From: Macrostomum lignano
Taxonomy: Eukaryota
Assembly: GCA_002269645.1 (NCBI GenBank)
Contig: NIVC01001061.1
Span: forward strand, 124,001-188,000
Length of the DNA stretch: 64,000 nucleotides
Reading direction: 5' to 3'
Under the pieces are notes generated by a model. That model searched no databases. It was not told the DNA's origin and was given only the letters and a program-made list of their open reading frames with translations. A program made the translations under genes and the position numbers. Position 1 is the first letter of the stretch, and each line of letters starts with the position of its first letter. This document shows positions 12,001 to 24,400 of the stretch, piece after piece.

Positions 12001-15000
12001 CTGATCCCACAGATCCTGATCCCACAGGTCCTGATCCCATAGACATTGATCCCACTGATAATGGTCCTACCAATGATTATATCTGATCCTATAAAAGATA
12101 ATTCTCACCTGGTCAGCACTCGAGCCGGACAGAGCGAATCTCTAAACAGCAAAGATTGCAGCTTGCTCAAATAGACACACCTGGCGCTGATAGCAACCTG
12201 GCTGCGCCAGGGCATGGTGTACTTGCTAATCAGTTGGAACACGTCTCTTCGATGACCGAACTGAGTGAGGCCGAGCAGCAGCAGGCGGTCCTCGCTAGGC
12301 GTGAAGACGGTCCGCTTTGACCGGCAAACAGAGGCGGACATGCCGGGCGGGAACAGCTGGGCGTAGGGGAACACGGAAGAGGTCAGGAACAGGTTGCACA
12401 GCTGAGGCGGCATTAGATAAGTAGATTCCGCTAATTCATCAGCTGTACAGTCGGACCGAGAGCTCAGGGAGCGACTGGGGCGGCTGTAGCACACTAGCAG
12501 ATCGGTGTCGCTGAGCCCGGCAAAATTGTCAGCCAGCGAAACGGCGCCATCGAGATTGGCCACGCGCAGGATCGAAGTATTCGCCGGATTAGCGGCTTCG
12601 TAAGCATCGGCTAGCAGCTTTAATTCGTTGAGATGCACCTTAGCCGAGTCGGCCAGCTCAGGCGACTGCTGATGGCAGGTGATGCGCATGGTGCATAACA
12701 GCTGCACGTACATTGTGAGCTGCTTTCTCAGCTCCACTCGCTGCTCTTGGCTGAGGTCTTCCACCGCGCAGGGCTGCAGCAAACACTCCGGTTCGGCTGT
12801 CGCCTCCTGATCGTCCTGGGACAGCGGCTGGGGCGGGGAGGACGCGCCGGCCTGCTGCTGGAGATGGCGGCCGGCGGACAGCTGCGAGTCGAACTGTTGG
12901 GGAAGAGGGGATGAGAGAGGCTTGAGGAGCTAGTGCGAGTGGCGCAGGTAGGCTAGCAATCCATTATATCCTTACAAGTCGGCTAGGCTAGCAATCCATT
13001 ATATCCTTACAAGTCGGCTAGGCTAGCAATCCATTATATCCTTACAAGTTGGATAGTCTAGCAATCCATTATATCCTTACAAGTTGGATAGTCTAGCAAT
13101 CCATTATATCCTTACAAGTTGGATAGTCTAGCAATCCATTATATCCTTACAAGTTGGATAGTCTAGCAATCCATTATATCCTTACAAGTTGGCTAGGCTA
13201 GCAATCCATTGTATCCTTACAAGTTGGCTAGTCTAGCAATCCATTGGTATCCTTACAAGTTGGATAGGCTAGCAATCCATTATATCCTTACAAGTTGGCT
13301 AGGCTAGCAATCCATTGGTATCCTTACAAGTTGGATAGGCTAGCAATCCATTATATCCTTACAAGTTGGCTAGGCTAGCAATCCATTATATCCTTACAAG
13401 TTGGCTAGGCTAGCAATCCATTATATCCTTACAAGTTGGATAGGCTAGCAATACATGATACCTCTCTAAGAAATGGCTAGACTAGCAACCCCAGCAATCA
13501 ATATTTCTTTAAGTTGGCTAGATTAGCAATCCACTATAATTCTTTTAAAATAGACTAGACTAGCAATCCACCTACCCCATCCCAAGTTCAGCTCGCGTCC
13601 AGCTCACCAGGTCGCTGCAAATCTCGTCAAGCAAATCCCGAACCTCCCGCTTGGGAATCCTAGAAGCCCGGTTGTAGCGCAGATCCTCAACGAAGTCCTC
13701 CTGGTACGCCTCCTCCGGCTCGGCCATCACGTTAAAATCGGCGTCCTCCTCGGCCTCATTGGGCGGGTCGGCCACCTCGATGCGGTCCAGATAGATGTCG
13801 CGTAGGAAATTACGAAACTCCACGTCGTCCTCATCAAAGATGGCGGCGTCCTCGGCTTTGACCGCGCCGATGTCGTCCAACGGCGCGCCGCTTGGCGGCG
13901 GCGTCGAGAGCAGAGGCGGCGGCTGCTGCTGCTGCGTCTGCGACTGACTGGACGGCTGAATCGAAGCCGACACTGCATCGGCGTCCAAGTCCACGTCGTC
14001 GAGCTGGATGAAATGCGATGATCCTTAAGATGGGACACCTGATTCTGGAGCTGGACATTTGATCCTGTCAGGTGATCCCCAGGATGGGACACCGCCTATT
14101 TGATACTGTCAGGTGATCCCCAGGATGGGACACCGCCTATTTGATCCTGTCAGGTGATCCCCAGGATGGGACACCGCCTATTTGATCCTGTCAGGTGATC
14201 CCCAGGATGGGACACCGCCTATTTGATCCTGTCAGGTGATCCCCAGGATGAGACACCGCCTATTTGATCATGTCAGGTGATCCCCAGGATGGGACACCTG
14301 ATTCTGGAGCTGGACATTTGATCCTGTCAGGTGATCCCCAGGATTGGACACCGCCTATTTGATCCTGTCAGGTGATCCCCAGGATGGGACACCGCCTATT
14401 TGATCCTGTCAGGTGATCCCCAGGATGAGACACCTGATTCTGGAGCTGGACATTTGATCCTGTCAGGTGATCCCCAGGATGGGACACCGTCTATTTGATC
14501 CTGTCAGGTGATCCCCAGGATGGGACACCTGATTCTGGAGCTGGACATTTGATCCTGTCAGGTGATCCCCAGGATGGGACACCGTCCATTTGATCCTGTC
14601 AGGTGATCCCCAGGATGGGACACCTGATTCTGAAGCTGGACATTTGATCCTGTCAGGTGATCCCCAGGATGGGACACCTGATTCTGAAGCTGGACATTTG
14701 ATCCTGTCAGGTGATCCCCAGGATTGGACACCGCCTATTTGATCCTGTCAGGTGATCTCCAGGATGGGACACCGCCTATTTGATCCTGTCAGGTGATCCT
14801 CAGGATGGGACACCGCCTATTTGATCCTGTCAGGTGATCTCCAGGATGGGACACCGCCTATTTGATCCTGTCAGGTGATCTCCAGGATGGGACACCTGAT
14901 TCTGGAGCTGGACATTTGATCCTGTCAGGTGATCCCCAGGATGGGACACCGTCCATTTGATCCTGTCAGGTGATCCCCAGGATGGGATACCTGATTCTGA

Positions 15001-16277
15001 AGCTGGACATTTGATCCTGTCAGGTGATCCCCAGGATGGGACACCGCCTATTTGATCCTGTCAGGTGATCTCCAGGATGGGACACCGCCTATTTGATCCT
15101 GTCAGGTGATCCTCAGGATGGGACACCGCCTATTTGATCCTGTCAGGTGATCTCCAGGATGGGACACCGCCTATTTGATCCTGTCAGGTGATCCCCAGGA
15201 TGGGACACCGCCTATTTGATCCTGTCAGGTGATCTCCAGGATGGGACACCGCCTATCTGATCCTGTCAGGTGATCCCCAGGATGGGACACCGCCTATCTG
15301 ATCCTGTCAGGTGATCCCCAGGATGGGACACCGCCTATCTGATCCTGTCAGGTGATCCCCAGGATGGGACACCGCCTATTTGATCCTGTCAGGTGATCCT
15401 CAGGATGGGACACCGCCTATTTGATCCTGTCAGGTGATCTCCAGGATGGGACACCGCCTATTTGATCCTGTCAGGTGATCTCCAGGATGGGACACCGCCT
15501 ATTTGATCCTGTCAGGTGATCCTCAGGATGGGACACCGCCTATTTGATCCTGTCAGGTGATCCTCAGGATGGGACACTAGGTTCTAAAAATAGGCCTCTC
15601 AAAGACCCAGAGACGCTCACAGCAAAGTCGCCCAAATAGAAGTCGCTCTTCAGTATGGCCTCTTCGTATTTCTCCCAAGAGAAGTCCGGAATCGGACAGC
15701 GCGAACGAGTTGCGTAGGTCGCAGAGGCGGCGACGGCGTCGTCGTCGGCGGCAGCGGAGACAGGTGTCGCTGGCAAGTCTTTGTCGCCGCACTTATTTGC
15801 GACAGTGACGTCATCGTCTTCATCTTCGTCTTCGTCTTCGTCGTCTTTGTCGTCCTCCTCGTCCTCGGCCACAACATAATCTCCGTCGTCTTCTTCGTCG
15901 TCGTCCTCATCGTCATTGTCGTCGTTGTCGTTATCGTCGAGGGCGGCGTCCTCGCGATCGGCGTTGGCTTCAACAGCTGAAGCTGACGAAGCGGCCGCAG
16001 CCGAGTCCAAGCAGATCCGCTTCACCTGACTGCGGGTGAGCTTCGGCTCGTAGGCCGCAGCGGGCGGCTTGTCGCAGCTGAGGTACTCGCGAAACATGCT
16101 CACCACGTCCTGATCGCTCAGCACCTCCTTGATGATTCGTCTGACGCTTGACGAGCGCAGATTTAATCGGTCGGCTTTCTCTTCTAATTGGCGGCTCATG
16201 TCCTGCACTACCGTCATGAGCGACTCCTCCGCGGCTGGGCCGCCGCCGCCGCTGCTGCTGGGTTCAGCCCGCTTCAT
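6076..16277 (-). CDS. GON4L: GON-4-like / YY1AP1-family transcriptional corepressor; 7 exons: 16277-15621, 14003-13608, 12893-12109, 11114-9729, 8962-8743, 8109-7315, 6768-6076 (~1643 aa)
   Basis: All six introns are GT-AG and splice phases are consistent (0,0,2,2,0,0); total 4932 nt. Family motifs recognised: VRRIIKEVLSDQDVVSM, YEPKLTRSQVK, acidic tract, EDADFN...EDLRYNRASRIPKREVRDLLDEI, FTPSEDRLLLLGL, a PAH-like helix (DIEFASAFLRCLR) and a C-terminal SANT/Myb (WTEAEDRAIL...VRQRFRLL). An in-frame stop lies upstream of ATG 16277 (16374-16376). Confidence 0.88.
6975..7250. repeat. ~16-bp minisatellite ggggtcatgaggtcaa (GON4L intron 6)
   Basis: Direct inspection. Confidence 0.9.
8161..8700. 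repeat. 23-bp minisatellite ctctaagctactgaatggcgaat (GON4L intron 5)
   Basis: Direct inspection. Confidence 0.95.
9138..9698. repeat. 15-bp minisatellite gattctgatccccag (GON4L intron 4)
   Basis: Direct inspection. Confidence 0.95.
11180..12056. repeat. 15-bp minisatellite gattctgatcccaca (GON4L intron 3)
   Basis: Direct inspection. Confidence 0.95.
12954..13575. repeat. 35-bp minisatellite ccattatatccttacaagtYggMtagKctagcaat (GON4L intron 2)
   Basis: Direct inspection. Confidence 0.95.
14027..15577. repeat. 41-bp minisatellite gggacaccgcctatttgatcctgtcaggtgatccccaggat with a longer variant unit (GON4L intron 1)
   Basis: Direct inspection. Confidence 0.95.
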
Positions 16278-16509
16278 CCTGGCTGAGCTGGGCGGCTGCC
16301 ACTGCTGCTGATTAAGAGCATCAGGCGGTGGCGGAGTCCTGCGACTCTCCTCTCCGTGCTGTCGGGCTGTTGTCTACTCACTCTGACGCTGGGGAGCTCG
16401 GCGGTGCAATGAATCTGACCAGCATGCAAATAGACGGGACCGTTAAATGCTAGAGCTGTGGGAGCATTGACATTAACTGAGGAACTGAGAATACTGACTT
16501 GCTGAATTC

Positions 16510-16614
16510 TAGACAGACAAACAGACAGACAGACGGAAGGACAGACAGACAGACAGGCAGACAGACAGACGGATGGACAGGCAGACAGACAGACAGGCAG
16601 ACAGACAGAGAGGC

Positions 16615-16647
<33 letters not shown>

Positions 16648-16652
16648 GGCAG

Positions 16653-16699
<47 letters not shown>

Positions 16700-16704
16700 G
16701 GCAG

Positions 16705-16737
<33 letters not shown>

Positions 16738-16769
16738 TAGACAGAGGCAGGCAGGCAGACAGGCAGATG

Positions 16770-16825
<56 letters not shown>

Positions 16826-16906
16826 CACAGGCAGGCAGGCAGACAGGCAGATGGACAGACAGACAGGCAGACAGACGGACAGACAGACAGACAGACAGGC
16901 AGGCAG

Positions 16907-16939
<33 letters not shown>

Positions 16940-16975
16940 TAGACAGACAGAGGCAGGCAGGCAGACAGGCAGATG

Positions 16976-17027
<52 letters not shown>

Positions 17028-17048
17028 GGCAGACGGACAGACAGACAG
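16510..17048. repeat. (CAGA)n microsatellite with variants
   Basis: Direct inspection. Confidence 0.95.
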
Positions 17049-17744
17049 TCTATTTCACTGTAATCGCGAATAAAAACGCAAAGCCTATGAGCAAAAAAGC
17101 GGCAGAATCTTTGGGTAAAGAAAGGTTTTATTGTTCTGATAGGAAACCGGAAGAAAAGAATACGCATACTAATAAATATTGATTTAAGTGATTCGGCAAG
17201 GCCACAAACTACAGTATAGACGGGTAAGCAAGTAGATGCACTGCATGCGCGACTGTCTAATACTGCAAACTAATACTGGTTGATATGCCTGCTGTAGGAT
17301 ATGACTAAAAAACACGGGTAAAAAGCTACCACACCCACACACAAACATAATGCGATCAAAAGCGACAGGTGTACACAGCAAAAGGCATGTCCCAAAAACA
17401 GGTGTGGCGAGGTCATACTGACTAAAAGTACTAGAAGCTTCGGTCGATAACTAACAAAATTAGTCAAAAATGTTATCGAAAATTTTTATTCGAAACTCAT
17501 TTTTAAAGTACAACAATGAACAGCGGTCTGCTAAACTAGAAAATGATTAGAAAAAAAGAAACGAACAATAAATATCGAAAGCAGCAAGATGTTGCATGAA
17601 AATAATGCGAGGATCGAACTTGCTGGCAAATTGGGCCAGATTTCGGACTTTAGCCCCGCTACGATCGATTGCGTAGCCTTGAAAAATGAACAAGGAAATT
17701 TGCACTGTTACGAGCTAGCCATGATCAATAAGTGGCGAAAATGG

Positions 17745-19603
17745 TTGAGGCGGAGTGGGGTGGGCGGCTGTAGAGTACGCAGGGGGTTAGAGAGGCGGAG
17801 TGGAGTGGGCGGCTGTAGAGTACGCAAGGGGTCAGAGAGGCGGAGTGGGGTGGGTGGCTGTAGAGTGCGCAAGGGGTCAGAGAGGCGGAGTGGGGTGGGT
17901 GGCTGTAGAGTGCGCAAGGGGTTAGAGAAGCGGAGTGGGGTGGGTGGCTGTAGAGTGCGCAAGGGGTTAGAGAGGCGGAGTGGGGATGGGCTACTGTAGA
18001 GTACGCAAGGGGCTAGAGGCGAAGTGGGGATGGGCGACTGTAGAGTACGCAAGGGGCTAGAGGCGAAGTGGGGATGGGCGGCTGTAGAGTACGCAGGGGG
18101 TTAGAGAGGCGGAGTGGAGTGGGCGGCTGTAGAGTACGCAAGGGGTCAGAGAGGCGGAGTGGGGTGGGTGGCTGTAGAGTGCGCAAGGGGTTAGAGAAGC
18201 GGAGTGGGGTGGGTGGCTGTAGAGTGCGCAAGGGGTTAGAGAGGCGGAGTGGGGATGGGCTACTGTAGAGTACGCAAGGGGCTAGAGGCGAAGTGGGGAT
18301 GGGCGACTGTAGAGTACGCAAGGGGCTAGAGGCGAAGTGGGGATGGGCGGCTGTAGAGTACGCAGGGGGTTAGAGAGGCGGAGTGGAGTGGGCGGCTGTA
18401 GAGTACGCAAGGGGTCAGAGAGGCGGAGTGGGGTGGGTGGCTGTAGAGTGCGCAAGGGGTTAGAGAAGCGGAGTGGAGTGGGTGGCTGTAGAGTACGCAA
18501 GGGGTTAGAGAGGCGGAGTGGGGTGGGTGGCTGTAGAGTGTGCAAGGGGTTAGAGAGGCGGAGTGGGGTGGGTGGCTGTAGAGTACGCAAGGGGTTAGAG
18601 AGGCGGAGTGGGGTGGGTGGCTGTAGAGTGCGCAAGGGGTTAGAGAAGCGGAGTGGGGTGGGTGGCTGTAGAGTGCGCAAGGGGTTAGAGAGGCGGAGTG
18701 GGGATGGGCTACTGTAGAGTACGCAAGGGGCTAGAGGCGAAGTGGGGATGGGCGACTGTAGAGTACGCAAGGGGCTAGAGGCGAAGTGGGGATGGGCGGC
18801 TGTAGAGTACGCAGGGGTTAGAGAGGCGGAGTGGAGTGGGCGGCTGTAGAGTACGCAAGGGGTCAGAGAGGCGGAGTGGGGTGGGTGGCTGTAGAGTGCG
18901 CAAGGGGTTAGAGAAGCGGAGTGGGGTGGGTGGCTGTAGAGTGCGCAAGGGGTTAGAGAGGCGGAGTGGGGATGGGCTACTGTAGAGTACGCAAGGGGCT
19001 AGAGGCGAAGTGGGGATGGGCGACTGTAGAGTACGCAAGGGGCTAGAGGCGAAGTGGGGATGGGCGGCTGTAGAGTACGCAGGGGGTTAGAGAGGCGGAG
19101 TGGAGTGGGCGGCTGTAGAGTACGCAAGGGGTCAGAGAGGCGGAGTGGGGTGGGTGGCTGTAGAGTGCGCAAGGGGTTAGAGAAGCGGAGTGGAGTGGGT
19201 GGCTGTAGAGTACGCAAGGGGTTAGAGAGGCGGAGTGGGGTGGGTGGCTGTAGAGTGTGCAAGGGGTTAGAGAGGCGGAGTGGGATGGGCGGCTGTAGAG
19301 TACGCAAGGGGTTAGAGAGGCGGAGTGGAGTGGGCGGCTGTAGAGTACGCAAGGGGTTAGAGAAGCGGAGTGGGGTGGGTGGCTGTAGAGTACGCAAGGG
19401 GTTAGAGAGGCGGAGTGGGGTGGGTGGCTGTAGAGTGCGCAAGGGGTTAGAGAGGCGGAGTGGGGTGGGCGGCTGTAGAGTACGCAAGGGGTTAGAGAGA
19501 CGAAGTGGGGTGGGCGACTGTAGAGTACGCAAGAGGTTAGAGAGACGAAGTGGGGTGGGCGAGTGTAGAGTACCCAAGGGGTTAGAGAGACGGAGTGGGG
19601 TGA
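17745..19603. repeat. G-rich 45-bp minisatellite with higher-order structure
   Basis: Unit ggggttagagaggcggagtggggtgggtggctgtagagtgcgcaa; a variant block recurs at 17982, 18251, 18700 and 18968. Confidence 0.95.
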
Positions 19604-19993
19604 GCATTCGACTTTAAATGATTGAGACTGATTTGATTTGCAAATTCGTAATCATGGGTGTTCGTATGGTGACTAAAAAAATTAGGGGCTGAAGTCGGCA
19701 GTCAGAAAGAAGGTTAAATGGTACCGAGCTTGCTTCCAAGCTAACAAGCATCTATTCGTTCATTTCAGACGAACAATACAAATAATATAATACCGCTATG
19801 CAGATTCATTAGCGAAGGTCGAATTCAATACTACAAATACATTGTAGACTACTAGACTAGAATTACTGACAAAAGCCAATAAAAATTGGGCTGGTTTAAA
19901 CACTGATGACCGGCCCAATTAACTCTCACAGACCAGAACATAACCAACAGATAACAACGGTTAAAAAGTTTCCGAGAAGTCGATTTGCTCATC

Positions 19994-21416
19994 TTAATCG
20001 TTCTTCTTCTGCTCCTTGTCTCTAGCCAAGCCGTTAGCTGTTCCATCGCTAACATCTTTCTGCTGCTGGTGCTGCTGCTGCCCGCCTGATGTCTTTCCGG
20101 TGGCAGGCACCGCGGCCGTAGCCGGGGAGCTCTCGGCTGCGCGGCGTATGGCGTCAACCAGGCCGCCAAGGAGGACGGTGCAGAAGACGCTCTCAAATGG
20201 CCGGAAAGGATCGTGGATGTGCAGCAGTTTGGAGGCCAGCCTGGAAAGAAGGGAGAATTTTAAAAAGATGCAGTTTTTTTCTTGCGTGTTAAGATTAGAA
20301 TAGCCAATGATGCTTCCCTCAAATGACAAAAAATAATATTTCCCTGACCACCAATGGGAATTTCCCAGATCAACAATCGGGATTCCATTAACCACCAATA
20401 GGATTCCGGCCCTGACCACCAATGGGGAATACTTAACCACCAATGGGGATTCCCTTGACCAAAATTGGGATTCCCCCTCCCCATGCAAATAAGAATCCCC
20501 GACTACCATGGTATTCGCTTGACTAACAATAGAGAAATTCCCTAACTATCCATGAAAATCCCCATGTACTAATAGGCGTTCCACTGACTACCAATATGTA
20601 TCCCCTTTAGTACGAATGAGGGTGGATTACCCAACTAAAAACGGGATTCGTTTGGCTACCAAAGAGAATTCCTCTCAATACCAAGAGGGATTACAGTACC
20701 AGAGGAGGTTCAAGACTACCGTTGGGTATATAAGCACAGAGAGCGCTTTTAAAAAACATTTGTCGCTCACTTGAAGCAGAACAGAGAAAGCACAGCGGCC
20801 AGAAAGGCGCCATCGTGTGAGCAGGGCAGCCGGCCAAGCTTCTCTAGTAGAAAGGCGGCCGCAATGAGGCAGCTGGCCTTTGTGGTGCTGCAGTACAAAA
20901 AAATACACAAATGGGTAATTTCCAACAGTCCGAAATTATGAAAAAAGCACATGAATAGTGTTCAATATTTCAATACCGTAGAGGAATAGAAACTCAAACT
21001 TACAAGCAGGGCTTCAGGCACTCGTTAGAAGCGGGCAGCCAGAGGCCTCGGACCAGCCTCTCGAATAGCTTCATCTCTAGGTAGCCGGAACCTGCAATAC
21101 GTAAAATTGGCAAACAAATGAAGATTGGCTCACAAACCAAGACGTATGGAAGCTGGATATAAAATACTAAATAGACAAAACTAGGTATGTCAGACATACA
21201 GACAGACATAATAGACATTCAGGAAGACGGGCAGACGCAGACAGGCAGACAGAAAGACAAAAAACAACTACTTATAGACGAGCGATGGACAGGCTGCCAC
21301 TGCCAGTCAGACAGACAGACAGACAGATAGACAGACAGACAGACAGTCAGACACATACACACACACAGACAGAGACATTCAAACACAGAGACAGACAGAC
21401 ACAGAGATAGACAGAC

Positions 21417-21465
<49 letters not shown>

Positions 21466-24400
21466 TAGACAGACAGACAGACACAGACATTCAGACAGAG
21501 ACATTCAAACACAGAGACAGACAGACACAGACAGACACAGAGACAGACAGACACAGAGACAGACAGACACAGAGACAGTCAGACACAGAGACAGTCAGAC
21601 AGAGACAGTCAGACACATAGACAGTCAGACACAGAGACAGACAGTCAGACACAGAGACAGTCAGACACAGAGACAGACAGTCAGACACAGAGACAGTCAG
21701 ACACAGAGACAGACAGTCAGACAGAGACAGTCAGACACAGAGACAGACAGACACAGAGACAGTCAGACACAGAGACAGACAGACACAGAGACAGTCAGAC
21801 ACAGAGACAGTCAGACACAGACACAGTCAGACACAGAGACAGTCAGACACAGAGACAGTCAGACACAGAGACAGTCAGACACAGAGACAGTCAGACACAG
21901 AGTTCCATACTTCCATAACTCGCCCTCACCCTTGACAACGCCGATAGCAAGCACAACCAGGTAGGCTCTCGGGTTCAGCTTGTAAGCGAAAGCGACTCCG
22001 TCAGAAATTTTCCTGGCTCGCTGCAGCTCCTTCATCAGGCAGATGACGGTGTGCACTGGCACAAACTTGCTGGCTCTGTATGCCAGGTCCCATGGCATGT
22101 AGTTGATAATGTACCTGACAACAGTAAAATAGAAGTGCAAGCAATTCAATTATCAGTTTGCAGATTCATCCCAGTCGCCCGTGACACACAAATCACAATA
22201 AAAACCGCTGCCTCACCAGACAGCCGTGGCTAACAAAATGTCGCGGTTATTCCTGAATGGAGCAACAATTGATTCGCCAAGCAGGCAGTTGGCAATGATT
22301 GGGCCAGCAAAGCACATGAGCATACTGGCCAGCCAGCAAGCAAATGGATGTCGCCTCGAGAAAGACTGGCTGCCTACAATTTTTTTGGGTTTTTGTTTAA
22401 ATTAATGACAAATACTTCTCACTGTACTGTGTTTGTTGTCAAATTGTGTTGAAAATTTTCAAATATTTCTAAAGCAGATTTGTACTCATGATTTTTGTCA
22501 TGATTTCATGATTTTGAATATATAATATAATTTTGAAAAACCTCGAATGAGCTAAATTTAGTGATATCTTAATTTTTTTAAAGGTTAAAAGTCTAGGTAA
22601 CCAAGTAATGTAGATAACCTAATTCTTATAAATATATAAGAATTCCATATGAATTGCAAACAAAAGAACACTAGCCTATGTGCAACAAATTACTATTGCA
22701 CTGAAAAAACTGTTTAATGCCTAATTATATCCCATAAAATGACTCTTAGCTACAAGTATAACAGCATAAATACATAACAAAAACCTGTATTTTCTATCTT
22801 GATATATTTTTTCTAAGAACAGTGTTTTTATTTTTATTGTTAAATATTAGAAAGCAAAGTAAAAAACCATTGAAACTTGAATTAGAGTCAGACCAAGATC
22901 TTGATCTTGATCTAAAAATTTTGAGACTTAGCCTTTTTGGGTCATTTTGAAAAATTCTTGAAATTTCAAGAATGGGCTTGGAATGTGAGAACAGTTGAGC
23001 AAGATTGAATTTAATACAGAAAGTGTAAAAAATATTGTGAAGCCCCAAATAAAAAAACAAATAACACATTGTCTAATGCATAATTAGCACTTTTTTGTTT
23101 GCTGGTATATTGACGGCTTTTTCAGTTAAAATATGTTAACATTGTATTTCTATGAAACAGATTCAAATACAAGTTTTACCAGTCTTTTTAAAGGGAAAAT
23201 ACAGACTTTTGTTGTTTTTTTGCAAAAAAGTTCTAGCACATAGCACAATCAAACTATTTTGATAGGATTTGTTCTAGCACAGGCGTGCCATGATCTTGAC
23301 TATGGCTTACCTGGTAGGCCATTACCAACCTTCAACCTATTTATGTATCTTACAGTGGCATACAGTGGCACAGCCAGAGTTAGTGGCTTATTTTTGCATA
23401 TTGCTGCATATATATATTATTGTGATGGCACATTTGAACCATTTCTTCTATATTATTATCTACTTACTTATAATATAGGTTAAATTTTATATATATCTTA
23501 TCATAAGTACTATTCTTCTTATACAAATTTACAATTTCAGCTAGATCTCTAATTCTCAATTGACTTAATCTCAATCTCAATTTTTTTATAAAATTCTTGC
23601 TTGATCTCACTTGAAAACAAAAATCTAATCTTGGTTAGTCAGACTCTAACCCACAGAATATACACAGAATGCCAAATCAAGCAATTTCCATGAAGCCAAA
23701 TTAAAATTTGTATGCACTACTCTTGTTGTGAAGTCTATGGCCAGTAGTATAAATTAGCAAAGAATAATTTAGCAAAGTCTTGCAGGTAGTCAGAGATCCT
23801 ACCTGGAGGACCAAATGTAAAATTTTATCATTTTTTCATATTTTATTATCTAAACAAACCAAACACTCTGAAGAACTCCAGATAAGCAGAATTCATTTGC
23901 ATCACAGTTAAACTACAGTTAAACAGCATTTAATCGCATCAGCTTCTTCCTCTCTTCAGCTCTCTTTATTCCTGTCGTACGCCCCCGCTTTCTCTGCTAA
24001 GTGAGCATCCTCTGACTGTTGCACCAGTGATGCAGGCAAAGTCTGGCAAACAACTTGGCCATTGCCTTAGCACAGCATTTGCCGTGATCCAAGCTGTGCA
24101 TCTGAATATTTGCAAGAACAATGGGAAAGAACTTTGCCTGAAGCCATTTGCTCACATCCTTTAGAATGAACAGCTCTTTGTCCATTGTCGTGAAGGAGCA
24201 CTCCATCTGACAGACTGCAGATATGACTGCCTTGTTGGGAATGATCAGATTTCCAGTCCCGCCCTGTCCGTTCTTGAGCTGCAGGAAGCGCATCTCTCCC
24301 GAGCCATCGCCTTTTAACAACTGCTGGCACTCCTCGCATTTTCCCTCAGATTTGAATAGCTTGAAAAGCAGCCTGCCTCCAATGTAGGCGCACTTCTCAT

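Noticed and set aside
14027-15577. CRISPR-like appearance (constant segment alternating with variable segments)
   Set aside because: Only two or three recurring variant segments, no unique spacers, no cas genes, and it lies in a eukaryotic intron.
16274-17167. 297-aa minus ORF as an N-terminal GON4L exon
   Set aside because: Mostly (TCTG)n translation and out of frame with the GON4L CDS; probably 5' UTR or intron.
17589-19617. ORFs with 15-aa repeats (RKGLERRSGVGGCRV and PLRLSNPLRTLQPPT)
   Set aside because: Translations of the 45-bp array, broken by variant units, with no splice support.
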